Shown here piece after piece: positions 1 through 10,390 of a DNA stretch of 37,830 nt. The notes beneath the pieces were generated by a model. The model worked only from the letters and a program-made list of their open reading frames with translations. It had not been told where the DNA came from and searched no databases. Within the stretch, counting starts at the first letter, position 1. The number at the start of each line of letters is the position of its first letter. The position numbers were made by a program, and so were the translations under genes. The DNA comes from Coniocarpon cinnabarinum (taxonomy: Eukaryota): contig JAVECO010000208.1 of assembly GCA_051942205.1 (NCBI GenBank), forward strand, positions 1 through 37,830. The letters are read 5' to 3'.

Positions 1-44
1 CCCACCACCTTTTCTCACCCGCCAGTCCGCAGCACGCCAGAATC

Positions 45-587
45 ATGTCGCGACCGAATATCCATGCAGCTGCGCGTGACATAAAAGCGCAAGAGGCAAA
101 ACAAACGCGCTTTGAAGTCAACATACATGGGCAACACAAAGTCACATTCGGTACTCCTTTTCCACAATACCACTTCCCTAATGACCCGCCCCAACTCCTT
201 CATTATGACTGACACGTGTTAGCTGTCACCCTGCCCAAGCCGCTAGAAGATCCAAGCGCGAAACTCAACAGCACAGAAGTCGTACTTCAGCAATGGGAGA
301 GAGTGATTGACCAGATGGCGCAGAAATACGAAATGAAAAGGGCGCAACGGGAGCGGTTAAAATCTTGGGTTGGAAGACGACCAAAGTTGAAAGTAGAGTA
401 TGATGTCAAGGAGGTGTACGTGGCAGACTTGATAACCCGATTGAAGAAGGCGGACATGATGAAATCTGCCCTTCATGAGGCATTTGTTACGGAGGACGGT
501 GAAAATGTGAGGAGCCAATGGGAGGAAGAAGTCCACAGAAATCAGAGTCCAAACCCAGGGACAGCGACGAGGGACTGGGCGCAGTAG
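45..587 (+). CDS. Small hypothetical protein, tandem-array member A; join(45..150,223..587), 156 aa
   Basis: ATG at 45. Phase-1 intron 151-222 (GTACTC...ACTGAC...TAG) joins MSRPNIHAAARDIKAQEAKQTRFEVNIHGQHKVTF in frame to AVTLPKP...LKKADMMK...EDGENVRSQWEE. Clear paralog of the gene at 1253-1875. Confidence 0.8.
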
Positions 588-1252
588 CACAGGCAGGTGT
601 GACAAAGGCGCACTGCGTCGCGGATTCGATATTGCCATAGAAAAAGGTATGATTCACGGACCATATCCTTCGTTAGCAACGTGGAGCAGGAATACGCACA
701 TTCTGCTTGCACGTGACTCGCGGATGTTTCCGAGTGCACCGAGATTGACGCGTTATTTTCTTCGCGACGAAGTATCAAACCTTTAAATATGGTGTATTAT
801 TGCCACGCTTAGGCCAGGTGCTTACGATCAGAAGCGATCAAGCTGCATTGACACATAACACATCTTGCTCAATCATCAGGGGATTGCGGTATTGCGATCG
901 GATTGATGAGACGAGAGGCACATGCACTTGCAGTTTAGTATGAAGCCCCAGTCTCCTTCGTAGTAAGGAAATTCCGCGCTTGTACAACACAACCCAGTTT
1001 CGCCACTTTTTAGCTCACGCAAGCATTCCTGCCTCCAACTTGCGTTTTCTCAGCCCCGCCATGGCGACGACGCCAGTTCGAAAAAGTCAGTTTGTCACTC
1101 TGCAAGCAAGGCCAATGCGTCGGAAAGTTCCAAAATATGCCAACTGTCTCCAATCTCGCAAGATGTTTCTTGTGTTCTCCGCGATCGCAGACTGCGGCAT
1201 GGCTGCCTTGTATCTGGTGTACTAGTCCTCAAAAGCGCCCCTAAGAACCACG

Positions 1253-1875
1253 ATGGCAAGAAGACAGCTTCACCACGAGGCGCGCGCCAAGCCAGCGCTG
1301 AATCCCGACTTGACGCATTTCAAAGTTAGTATCTCTAGACAACACAATGTCAAATTCGGTAGATTGCCACCTTCTGCACGACACCTGTTACGAAATGACT
1401 TGTCCCTAGTCCTTGTTACTGACACACAACAGTCGTCACCTTGCCAAAGGTGTCGACGGCTCACAGCGAAGGTCTACGCAAGCAATGGAGAACCATGATC
1501 AATGAAATAATAAAAAAAGACAAACTCGGACCACCTAGCGAAGAGCAAGCCACAAAGAATGGAAGAGAAAGGCTCGTTGTGAAGTCTCAAGTCGATAAAG
1601 ACGCGTTGTTGAGGGACATGATAGCATGGGTGGAGAAGGCAGGAATGAAAAAGGCATCCTGGGCCTTGCTGCGCGGGAAACAAAAATGGGTTGCTGAAGA
1701 CGGTGAGTTAGTGAGGAGCCAGTGGGAAAATCAGAGGGTCGAACGCGGTACGACAAATGAGGCAAGGATGGAGACGACCGGAGAGGGTCAAGGCGGGGAA
1801 CAGGAGCGTCATGAGGAAGAGAAACCAGAGGCCAAGGAACAGGGATATTTCATGAGTGGTGCACTTGGTGACTGA
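1253..1875 (+). CDS. Small hypothetical protein, tandem-array member B; join(1253..1358,1433..1875), 182 aa
   Basis: Exon 1 is 106 nt, the same as member A. Phase-1 intron 1359-1432 (GTAGAT...ACTGAC...CAG). Product MARRQLHHEAR...QHNVKF|VVTLPKV...QWRTMI...VEKAGMKK...EDGELVRSQWE aligns with member A. Confidence 0.82.
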
Positions 1876-2280
1876 CATTCGATTTGACAATGAGGACGGC
1901 TCTGCAAATCTGGGCTTGCCGTTGATTTGGGCATGTCTCTAAGCTATGTGCCTATTTGCTGTCTTGGAAACGTAGGTAAAGTTGAGGGCGTTGGAGCCCA
2001 CAAGCCAGGCCGCGGCCATCAAAAATCAAAGACCATCGAACCGCCCTATCGTTTCTCAGCGCCACATTTCCCAAGGCGTCATGTTGGGGAGTGCAGGGCT
2101 CTTGAAGGCCCAAAAAATGGCCATCTGTCCCCTCGATCGGACCTCCCGCTTCATCCTCCGGAAGCATATGGGTCACGGTCCGAAATACCCCCCAGTCCCT
2201 GAGCCTCCCATTACATAAGGCCATAGCCAGCGCACGTCTCAGCCAGCCACATTTCAGATCCTCCACCACTAGAATCCACG

Positions 2281-2743
2281 ATGGTATTCGAACATATTCG
2301 GGCCAAATTATTCAAGAAACACGAGTCAACTTCCCAGCAAGAGCCGGAACTCCTCGTCACTTTCAACGACGACGAGGGGCAAAGCGGCGTGTCACTTGGT
2401 GCGTCTCCCGTACAACTTTTGGCCGCACTGCGGCTGACGTATCACAGTGTTGGAGGTGCCGTCAGGCTCTAGGGTTCCGCCTGATGGCTGGGAAGAGCTG
2501 TTCAGGCTCGTGATGAAACAGGTTGACGGGCACGAGCCAAAGTCCAAGAAAGAGGGCACCACGTATGCGATGGAGGCGAGCAGCAGCGAGAAGACAAAGT
2601 GGGGGGTGCTGCAAAGCGAGTTGATCAAGGCTGGTTTGGGGAAGTCAGGTCACTGTGTTTGGTGGGGAGAGGGAGAACATCTGAGGATCAATCTTTTGGA
2701 CCAACTCCAGAACAAGAATTCGGCGTCTGGGCATAGACAATGA
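2281..2743 (+). CDS. Small hypothetical protein, tandem-array member C; join(2281..2398,2448..2743), 137 aa
   Basis: Phase-1 intron 2399-2447 (GTGCGT...GCTGAC...CAG) joins two track ORFs in frame: MVFEHIRAKL...GVSL|VLEVPSGSRVPPDGWEELF...LIKAGLGK. Confidence 0.8.
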
Positions 2744-2954
2744 AGCCTAAGAAGAGTAGCATAGTAGGTTGCAAATGCAGACTTAAGCCACCTGTCCAAG
2801 TGATTGCAGCGTCATTCTGCTTTCCGCTGGAATCCTCCGGAAGGCTGCGGATCCGGGCACAGAGAGATCAGGCCGCTGACCCTCCAGTTATAAGAGTCCA
2901 CAACGACGCTTTCACCTCTTCCAAATCAATCTACAAGCCGCCACTGAGACCAAC

Positions 2955-3412
2955 ATGCCGTTCAAAAACCTTTCGAACAAATGGAAGACCCGGACAGGTC
3001 ACGACGAGAAAAAGTTCACGGTCGTCTTCCTTGACAACATCCAAAGAGTTGAGTTTCGTGCGTCTCTTTCGCCAGACCCCGGATCGCGGATCGTGGTTGA
3101 CGAGTTGCAGACGTCGAAGTACCTAAGGGCTCCGAGGAGCCCCCTGAAGAGTGGCTGCAGCTCATCGACCAATTGGCGGCTCACTTCAATTTGACAACGC
3201 CTCTTCCTTTGGGGTGGGCCAGACACTACAAGAGGTGCTCGATTTTGCAAGAATCGAGCAAGGAGGCCGAGCTGATCGAGGCGTTGAAGAAGGCCGGAGT
3301 GCGGAGGAAATGGCGGGAGAAAAATACCTACACCTCGACGGGCGAGCGAGCCAGGAAGGATTTGGAGACCCAACTCAATGCAGCGAGAGGATCGGGGAAT
3401 GGGAAGGAGTAA
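2955..3412 (+). CDS. Small hypothetical protein, tandem-array member D; join(2955..3057,3111..3412), 134 aa
   Basis: Phase-1 intron 3058-3110 (GTGCGT...GTTGAC...CAG). Product MPFKNLSNKW...RVEF|HVEVPKGSEEPPEEWLQLIDQLAAHF...ELIEALKKAGVRRK aligns with C and E. Confidence 0.8.
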
Positions 3413-3644
3413 CGAAGTCTGAGAAGAACAGCGTAGCGTGTTGGAACTCTTGAGCACTTTTTGAATTCCGCCGCATCTGTCCTCGAGCCAGCAAATAAAA
3501 CATGTCCTGCTGCTGTGATCCTCCGGGAGGCTACGGATCACGGCACGTAGAGGCCAGACGTGTAGTCTCCCGGCCATATAAGACCACGAAGACTGCTCGC
3601 CTCGTGTCTTATCTACCATTTCAAAAGATTCGCGCAAAAGCACC

Positions 3645-4034
3645 ATGCCATTCGAAAGCATTGTTAACAAACTAAAGGGTCACCATGAGACCGTTTTCGA
3701 GGTCAGGACCGACTTCGAAGACGGGCTGACGCGCACTGAATATAGTTACGTCTCCCTGATATTATCCTTCTCCGCGACCGGTGACTAACGGGGCACAGCG
3801 CTGGAGGCACCACCCAATTCTCAAGTCCCTCCTCCTGAATGGAAGAAAACGCTCGATCTGCTGATGGGACATTTTGGCGTGGGGGATACAGAGACGGAGA
3901 CCAAGGGTCAGACGTACACGGTCAAGGCGAAAAGCATGAAGAGCTATTCGACGGACAAGTTCATTGAAATGTTGAAGGCGGCCGGCATGAAGGATCATAG
4001 ACTCTACCGCAGCATCACATCAATGGGTCAATGA
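3645..4034 (+). CDS. Small hypothetical protein, tandem-array member E (absent from the ORF track); join(3645..3744,3799..4034), 111 aa
   Basis: ATG at 3645 in CACCATG context. Phase-1 intron 3745-3798 (GTTACG...GACTAAC...CAG). Product MPFESIVNKLKGHHETVFEVRTDFEDGLTRTEY|TLEAPPNSQVPPPEWKKTLDLLMGHFGV...KGQTYTVKAK...FIEMLKAAGMKDHRLYRSITSMGQ. Confidence 0.78.
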
Positions 4035-4647
4035 CGTGCGACACGTGCCATCTGTCTGTAAGTCTGCAACGTTTGTCTGTTCCTTCTCGATCCTCGGCGG
4101 GAGGATGCAGGATCAGCAGACGAACAACTGTTCTTATGCTCTTGCGACGATGCTCAGCCGAGTCGAAATGAAAGACGGGTGCCAGTCACGAGAATATTAA
4201 TCTTTGCGCTGCGCGAGTGAGTGGGCGCTTCTCTGTAGATGGTTGACATCCGCAGGAATTTGATGGCAAGCAAATGTCAAACCTGGAACAGGGCGTTAAA
4301 GGGCCACGTTTCCATCACCATCCATCCTTCCTTCCATCCTTACTTCCTCCCTTCCTCCTCTCTCAAACGACCCTTCATCAGGGCCGGGTCTTCGTTTGAC
4401 ATCAGTCACTGATTGCAGCATCCCCCAGGCATTGAACACCGATGGCTGGCTGTTCCGCTCTGGGGCCCGCGAGGCCACCCAATGTCCACCCGAGGCCGCC
4501 CAAGGCCTCGCAAGGCCTGTGCACGTCTCGCAAACGTCACGTGAGACCACCTGCGAATGCAAAGTTCTGCGATGTATCTCGCATCAAGCGAGATGTTCGA
4601 ATCAACGCACTGGCGTCCCCAGTCAGTATATGACACAAAAGTCAGCT

Positions 4648-5027
4648 GCATTGTCCCTGCCTCCCGATTCTGCTGAACTTTTTGAGCGAGACGGGCGAGA
4701 AGGCATCGACATGCTGCTGGAGCACCCTGACAGGAAGACCGATGACGTCGTCACCGAAGTGAAGGACAGACATCAATGATGGGGCCCCAGGAGTCCAGAT
4801 CCGTGGACGTTCTCGACGCTGGGGCTCGAAAAAAATGCCCAAGGCAGAAGGAAAGCCACGGGGATGACAAGTCCGCGGGCAGGGAGCTTCACATCTCGTA
4901 TCGTGGTGACATGGAAGCCAAGAGCGTGTTTCAGCCAAAGCGCCAAACGCTGAACGCGGAAAACCAAGGGCGTGCGAGGATTTCGCCCTCGCGATCGCGC
5001 ACGGAGTGGATGACAGAATCCTCGTGA
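4648..5027 (+). pseudogene. Probable decayed, frameshifted member F of the tandem array
   Basis: ALSLPPDS...GIDMLLEH...VTEVKD (to 4779) resembles TLEAPPNS...LDLLMGH...TETETKG of member E. After a frame change near 4776, PQES...VLDAGARKK resembles LQES...LKKAGVRRK of member D. No clean exon 1 or intron found. Confidence 0.4.
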
Positions 5028-5383
5028 ATCCGCTGTCTATACGCGAGCGCGCGACCTCGCCCCCACCACCACCCCCTCTCATTGGATGGTTACGGAGCCC
5101 CCAACATGATTTCAAAAAATCACACAACTGATTGCCCCTTTCTGTTAGGGCAAGGGAGCCAGATGCTTGCTTGCGGTCATTCGAATCCGTCATGGCCTAC
5201 ACGAAAGGCGAGAGAACACGTATTCCGTCTGCTGGGTGTGATATAGCCGGAAACTTCCCCAGAAAGATTTTCCTTGCCCCAAAACGAGCTCAGTGTCTGT
5301 TCCATCGTTCGTTCATCAATTCTCGTAGTCATCCAGATAGGTCACTGTGTACAGCTTGACAGTAACGATTGTTGTGCTTTAAC

Positions 5384-5875
5384 ATGGCAGCAGCGAGCAG
5401 CGAGTCAGGAGAATTAACAAAGGTCGACGAGCGACTGGGACCGGGGGCGCATCAAATCACAATCCGTAAGAGAGCCTTGCACCTCCAGATGTCGGCTACT
5501 TGATCTTCGTTCTGATCATTTGTAGACACGGAGGAGTTGCGCGATAAAACGCTTGGTAACGCCGTCAAAGAGCTAATGACCAAGTGCGGCTGGCACGAAG
5601 CCCATGAAAGGGTTGAACAGAAAGGTGAGAAGGTAGCGGCGAAGGATCAGAAGCAGTGGCACACGCGACGGTTCAAGGTCAACAATCAAAGTAGTGTTGT
5701 GGAGAGTAGAAGCCAGGCAGAGGCCGGATTAAAGAAGTTGGGCCTCGTGGAGACTGAAAGCGGCTGGCATGCTGTATTGGGGGGAAAATACAAGACGTTG
5801 GAGCCGAAGAATGAGGAAGGCGCGAAAAAGGCTGCTGAGTCGGTGAAGGAAACATATGGGAAGCCAAAATTATAG
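5384..5875 (+). CDS. Small hypothetical protein, divergent tandem-array member G; join(5384..5465,5526..5875), 143 aa
   Basis: ATG at 5384. Phase-1 intron 5466-5525 (GTAAGA...CTGAT...TAG) gives ...HQITI|HTEELRDKTLGNAVKELMTKCGW...AEAGLKKLGLVE in frame with track ORF 5537-5875. Family membership rests on architecture and a weak motif. Confidence 0.7.
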
Positions 5876-6441
5876 TGGTTGTCTCAAACATCTTGATGCT
5901 TTCCCTCTCGGTGTCGGGAATCCGAGCTTTGTTGCATATTAAAGAAAGGAAAAGCATGCAAATGGGTGTCTCCTTTGATCACCGCTTCATCCAGTGTCAG
6001 GCCGCGAACAAATGTAAGTATCGAAAAACCACATCACAGGAGCAGCCATTGAGCCCTGGAGACCCAAGCGTTCGGTGAATGTTGGCGGAGTGAAGCTGTG
6101 ACGGGTGTCGGAAAACTGCATCCAGTTTTGACTTTGGCGACGCCAATATCCCAGAGCTAGTTGCTGCTGCAGCACGACGTCTGCTGGCCACAGTAGACAC
6201 ACGACACGCCAGTTGCGAAATACTAAAGACAGAGTCCGTTGCATAAGAAGCTCGGCCCGTGCCGGCCCCCACTCCTTTGGAGAGTCAACACTCGTCAGTG
6301 GATACGTGTCTAATCCTCTATTACGGATGTTTCGGAGACGGACATATCTTGTGGTTTCCTCACGACTTCGACTGTCCCTTTGGAAAGGATCTTTCGCATG
6401 AACGTTGTCCATCCCTCCTACAACAAGTTGCCAGCCCAGCT

Positions 6442-6886
6442 ATGCCCACAGAGCTTAAGGAGGACGTGACTTTTGTCGAGACACCGAAATGCTTCGGACT
6501 GCACTGTACTCAAACAATCACTTGGCGTATGTGGCTCTACCCGAGAGCTATCCAGCGTCTCTCAAAACTGATTTGCATGCATTTTAGGGATTAAGGGCGA
6601 GGACGACGATGTTATAAGTCGCGTTTTGTGGATCAGAGGAACTTTACTCAGGGGGTGGCCAGCAACGGAGCTAAGGCCGTCCAAGTTCTCGTCGCAACCA
6701 TACGTGTTGGGATTTGCAACACCGTCCTGGTTCTCTCATGAACAGCGTGATGATCGAGATTGGTTGAAAAAGGAACTACTGTATGCGGGTTTTAAGTATA
6801 AGGAGGGCCACGAGGGTAACGCAACCTTTTCATTGACCCGACAAACTGTTGCAGAAGGCGGTCGAGGCCTGAAAGCATCCAAGTAG
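6442..6886 (+). CDS. Small hypothetical protein, divergent tandem-array member H; join(6442..6526,6588..6886), 127 aa
   Basis: ATG at 6442. Phase-1 intron 6527-6587 (GTATGT...ACTGAT...TAG) gives ...TQTITW|RIKGEDDDVISRVLWIRGTLL...DWLKKELLYAGFKY in frame with track ORF 6626-6886. Confidence 0.7.
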
Positions 6887-7494
6887 CTTTTAAGATGGAG
6901 AAGCCAGTGGAATGAAAAATTTGCAACAATCGCATGGGCTGCGGCAGTGGTCGAGGAAGCGCCAGGTCCGCGGCTTAGTTACGTCGTTCGCAACGAAGGG
7001 CCCTTTAACGAAAGTGGCGACTCGCTGTGGTGTCGATTGAGTATAGACATCAGGCAATCAGGAAATACAGGGAAGAGGCAAGAGGGATCTCGCGTCGTCC
7101 CAGCCGGCAAGATGGGCTCTGACACCGTCTGCCAGTTGGGGAAGATGACATCGACCAAGTGGGGACTGGAAAAGAAGCAACAGCTGAGAGATACTCCGGC
7201 TTGCCGGCAAATAACACGTGATCTGACCGGGGAGAGCGTCATCGTTGCCCACACCGGACAACGCTTTCTGCCGATAGAGTGTCTTTGAAAGCAACTTGGG
7301 ATGTACAGCAAGCCAACGACGTGACAGACGCAGCTTGAAGCAGATTGGAGTTCGATATGCTGCTGAAGCTCTTGGTCATGAATGAAATGCTTGTTCAACT
7401 ATCATCATATCTTATGCAGCACGAGACGCATGTCGTACTGTGTAGAGAAAGCGCTGTCTGGCGCGAAAAGAACTTTTGACCATTGACTTAGTTA

Positions 7495-8543
7495 TTAGAC
7501 ATGGTTTTGTGCAGGTGCGGCGGTTCGGACGGGATCAAAGTAGCGATGGTTCATAGCTTCTTGTGCCGTAAGTCGTTCCTGCGTCGATCGTCAGCAAGGA
7601 GTCATCGGGCCCGAGGTGTACCCAGTTGACTTACTTGATGGTCATATTTCAGCAGCCCATCGAGGAACTCAATGGCTTCTTCAGTGATGAATCGCTGGTT
7701 CTCCGAGTTCACGAAGCTTTGCCAATTCCTCTTGGGAAACCGCCCCAGTATGTCGTCGTACTGCGCATCGAGCTCGATGTCGTACTTGTCCAGGTAGTCA
7801 AATAAGTCGTCCGTACCGAGCACCTTGGCAATTTTAACCAGCTGGTCACTATTGCTGTTCCCATGGAAGAAGGGCTCCTTTCTAAAGATCATGCTGGCAA
7901 ACATGGCGCCTAAGCTCCACATATCGAGACTGTAATCATACTCCTGCAGGTCCACCAGCAGTTCTGGGCCCTTGAAGTATCGCGATGCTACGCGTACGTT
8001 ATACTCGGTGCCATTATGATAGAACTCCGCCAGTCCCCAGTCGATGAGTCGTAAAGTGCGCTTCTCGTGGTCGATCATAACGTTGTGTGGCTTTACATCC
8101 CTGTGCATGATACCTTTCGAGTGGCAGTAATCCAGCGCCTTCAGGAGCTCGAAGATATAGTACCGCACGTCGTAATCCACGAATTTGGGATATAGACTCC
8201 GAAAATCCGTATTGTTCACGTACTCGAATATCAGGCTCGGCGTCTTGCTCTGACTATCCCTCACGACGTCCAGCAGCCCCACGATGTTCGGTCCCCCGCT
8301 CAGGTTCTGCAGGATCTTGATCTCACGCTTGATCTTCTTCTTCTTGACGGGTTTCAGCACTTTGATGACGCACTTCTGGTAGTTGGCGACGTTGATGCCC
8401 TCGAAGACTTCCGAGTACTTCCCGCGGCCGATCTTGCGCACGATCTCGTAGTTCTCGAGCACGCCCCAGCTGATGTTGACCGAGTCGTAGTCCCAGTACG
8501 CGCGTGGCATCTGCGCATTGACATCCGCGTAGACGCGCGCCAT
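7495..8543 (-). CDS. cka1: Casein kinase II catalytic (alpha) subunit; complement(join(7495..7578,7635..8543)), 330 aa
   Basis: MARVYADVN start, [40 protein letters not shown] and GPE motifs. Intron 7579-7634 (GTAAGT...GCTGAC...CAG) restores [22 protein letters not shown]. Confidence 0.98.
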
Positions 8544-9121
8544 GTTGGGCGGCAGGTTGCGAAAGGATGGTGAGGCTAGGTCATGCACGAGCTGCGCAGA
8601 AGATTGAGAAGGGTAATGCGGATGCAAAATGGAGGGATGATGACGAGTGAGGCGGAAGCGGCGGTTGATGCAGCTCCAGCGATCCGCGTTTCGAGCAAAG
8701 GTGCAGGATTTGGTGGTCGAGAGGAGATAGACTATGTAGCAGGTGCCGGTCAGCAAGAGAGCGAGGGAGAGAGGGACATTGAGAAGGCTGAGACGCATGT
8801 AGAAGTCATGAGAGCCGGGGTTTGGGATGAAAGGCCAAGGATGTGGTGCGTGGACGAAAATGGTGGGGGAGGGAAAGAGGGAAAGCTGGCTGATCGTCGG
8901 TCGAGACACACGTCACTCGTTTCTCGCGCATAGAATGTAGAAAACAGACAAGAGATTTTCGACGCCCGTTCAGGACGTTATCTCCCTCTCCGCTCGCCCA
9001 GTCAAGATCGAGCCGCCAGGCCGCCTCTGCTTGTGAATTCCAAGACCAAGGGTTTGGGCCCCACCGACAGCCACGTGTACCGGAGGAGTCATGTATGCAA
9101 GAGCCCACCACCGCAGTAATC
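8544..9121. promoter_or_regulatory. Short divergent intergenic/5'UTR region shared by CK2 alpha and RNase P p30
   Basis: Head-to-head start codons 578 bp apart. Pyrimidine-rich leader on the minus strand upstream of CK2. Confidence 0.5.
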
Positions 9122-10134
9122 ATGCCGTACTACGACCTCAACGTCCCGTGGACTCCCGATAACCCGGCAGAGACGCAGCGCACGCTTGTATTCCTCAAAG
9201 AGCGTGAGTACCGCGTCCTGCGCCTCGCAAAAGCCGTGCCACACATTGCTAACCATGGCTCTCCAAACGAACAGTTGGCTACAACATCGTCGCCCTCACC
9301 CACACCATCAGCGGCACCAAGCTGCCCAACGACCTCTCCTGTCCCATCCCTCGGCCGCTGCCGTTCGACACGTCGCATAACCTCCATACCCTGACCCGTC
9401 TCAACCTCCCGCTCACCTCCAACGCCGTCAACCACCGCCTCTCCGCCCTCCAAGCCTGCTACGACCTTCTCGCGCTGCGACCCACGAATCAAAAGACCCT
9501 CGAGCAAGCCTGCCGCGATCTCGAATGCGACATCATCTCACTTGACCTGACTGTTCCCTTTCCGTTCTCGCTGCGCGCGAAAACCGTGAAGCAAGCGGTG
9601 GACCGCGGCATCGGGATCGAGGTGTGCTATGCGCCCGCGGTCGTGGCAAGCGATGCAGTCGTGCGGAGGAACGTCATTGCGAATGCCACATCCCTCATTC
9701 GTGCGACAGGGGGCAAGGGAATACTTTTAAGCTCCGAAGCACGAAGGGCGAGTGGATGCAGAGGACCAGCTGATGTGGTGAACATAGCAGCAGTGTGGGG
9801 CCTGAATCCGGATAGGGGCAGAGAGGCGCTAGCGAACATGCCCAGGATCGTTGTTGCGACGGCGACGTTGAAACGAGAGAGTTACAGAGGCGTCGTGCGC
9901 ATTGTTGATGGTGGTGAAAAGCCCGTCGTCAGACAAGGGCACGACAAGCCCAAGGCAGAAGGGTCAAGTGGAAAGAAACGAAAAGCAGATGCCGTTACCG
10001 ACGATGTTCAAAACAACGACAAGAATGAGGAGCAGATGATGCCCAAGCCATTGTCCAAGAGAGAGCAGAAGAGACGAAAGAGGGCAGAAGAGCAGGCCAA
10101 AAGGACCGAGAGGCTGGAAGGCAGCGTCGACTAG
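9122..10134 (+). CDS. RPP1: RNase P/MRP subunit p30 (Rpp1/Rpp30, PHP fold); join(9122..9203,9275..10134), 313 aa
   Basis: MPYYDLNVPW...FLKE|LGYNIVAL after intron 9204-9274 (GTGAGT...GCTAAC...CAG). YDLLALRP, CDIISLDL, RGIGIEVCY, GILLSSEA and RGPADVVN motifs. Basic C-terminal tail. Confidence 0.92.
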
Positions 10135-10390
10135 GTCATTCCACAGGCTTTCTCTACACCGGACGGCGGTCTATACAGATGACAAGGTCAATTTGTCCAG
10201 CCAAACTGCCAGCACAATCCCTCCCTTAGGCTTCTCCGTGATGGTCACCAGGGTGGTCGTCATGGTGCTTTTCTTGGTCTTTCTTCTCTTCCTTCGGTTT
10301 CTCGTGGGGCTTGCTCTCGTGTTTATGTTCACGCTGATGCTGGTCATGATCCATTCGGTGCATCAAAGCGTCGAAGGGATGTTCCTTCTC

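Noticed and set aside
2999..3670. 223-aa minus-strand ORF
   Set aside because: Antisense shadow of array members D and E, with a non-ATG start and no recognisable motifs.
6947..7288. 113-aa ORF after array member H containing EGSRVVP (similar to SGSRVPP of member C)
   Set aside because: No ATG start, no matching phase-1 intron and no L-x-x-A-G helix. The similarity is probably chance.
8544..8909. Apparent 122-aa N-terminal extension on CK2 alpha in the ORF track
   Set aside because: It starts at a GTG and runs through a pyrimidine-rich leader. The family-typical start is MARVYADVN at 8543, so this is most likely 5'UTR.
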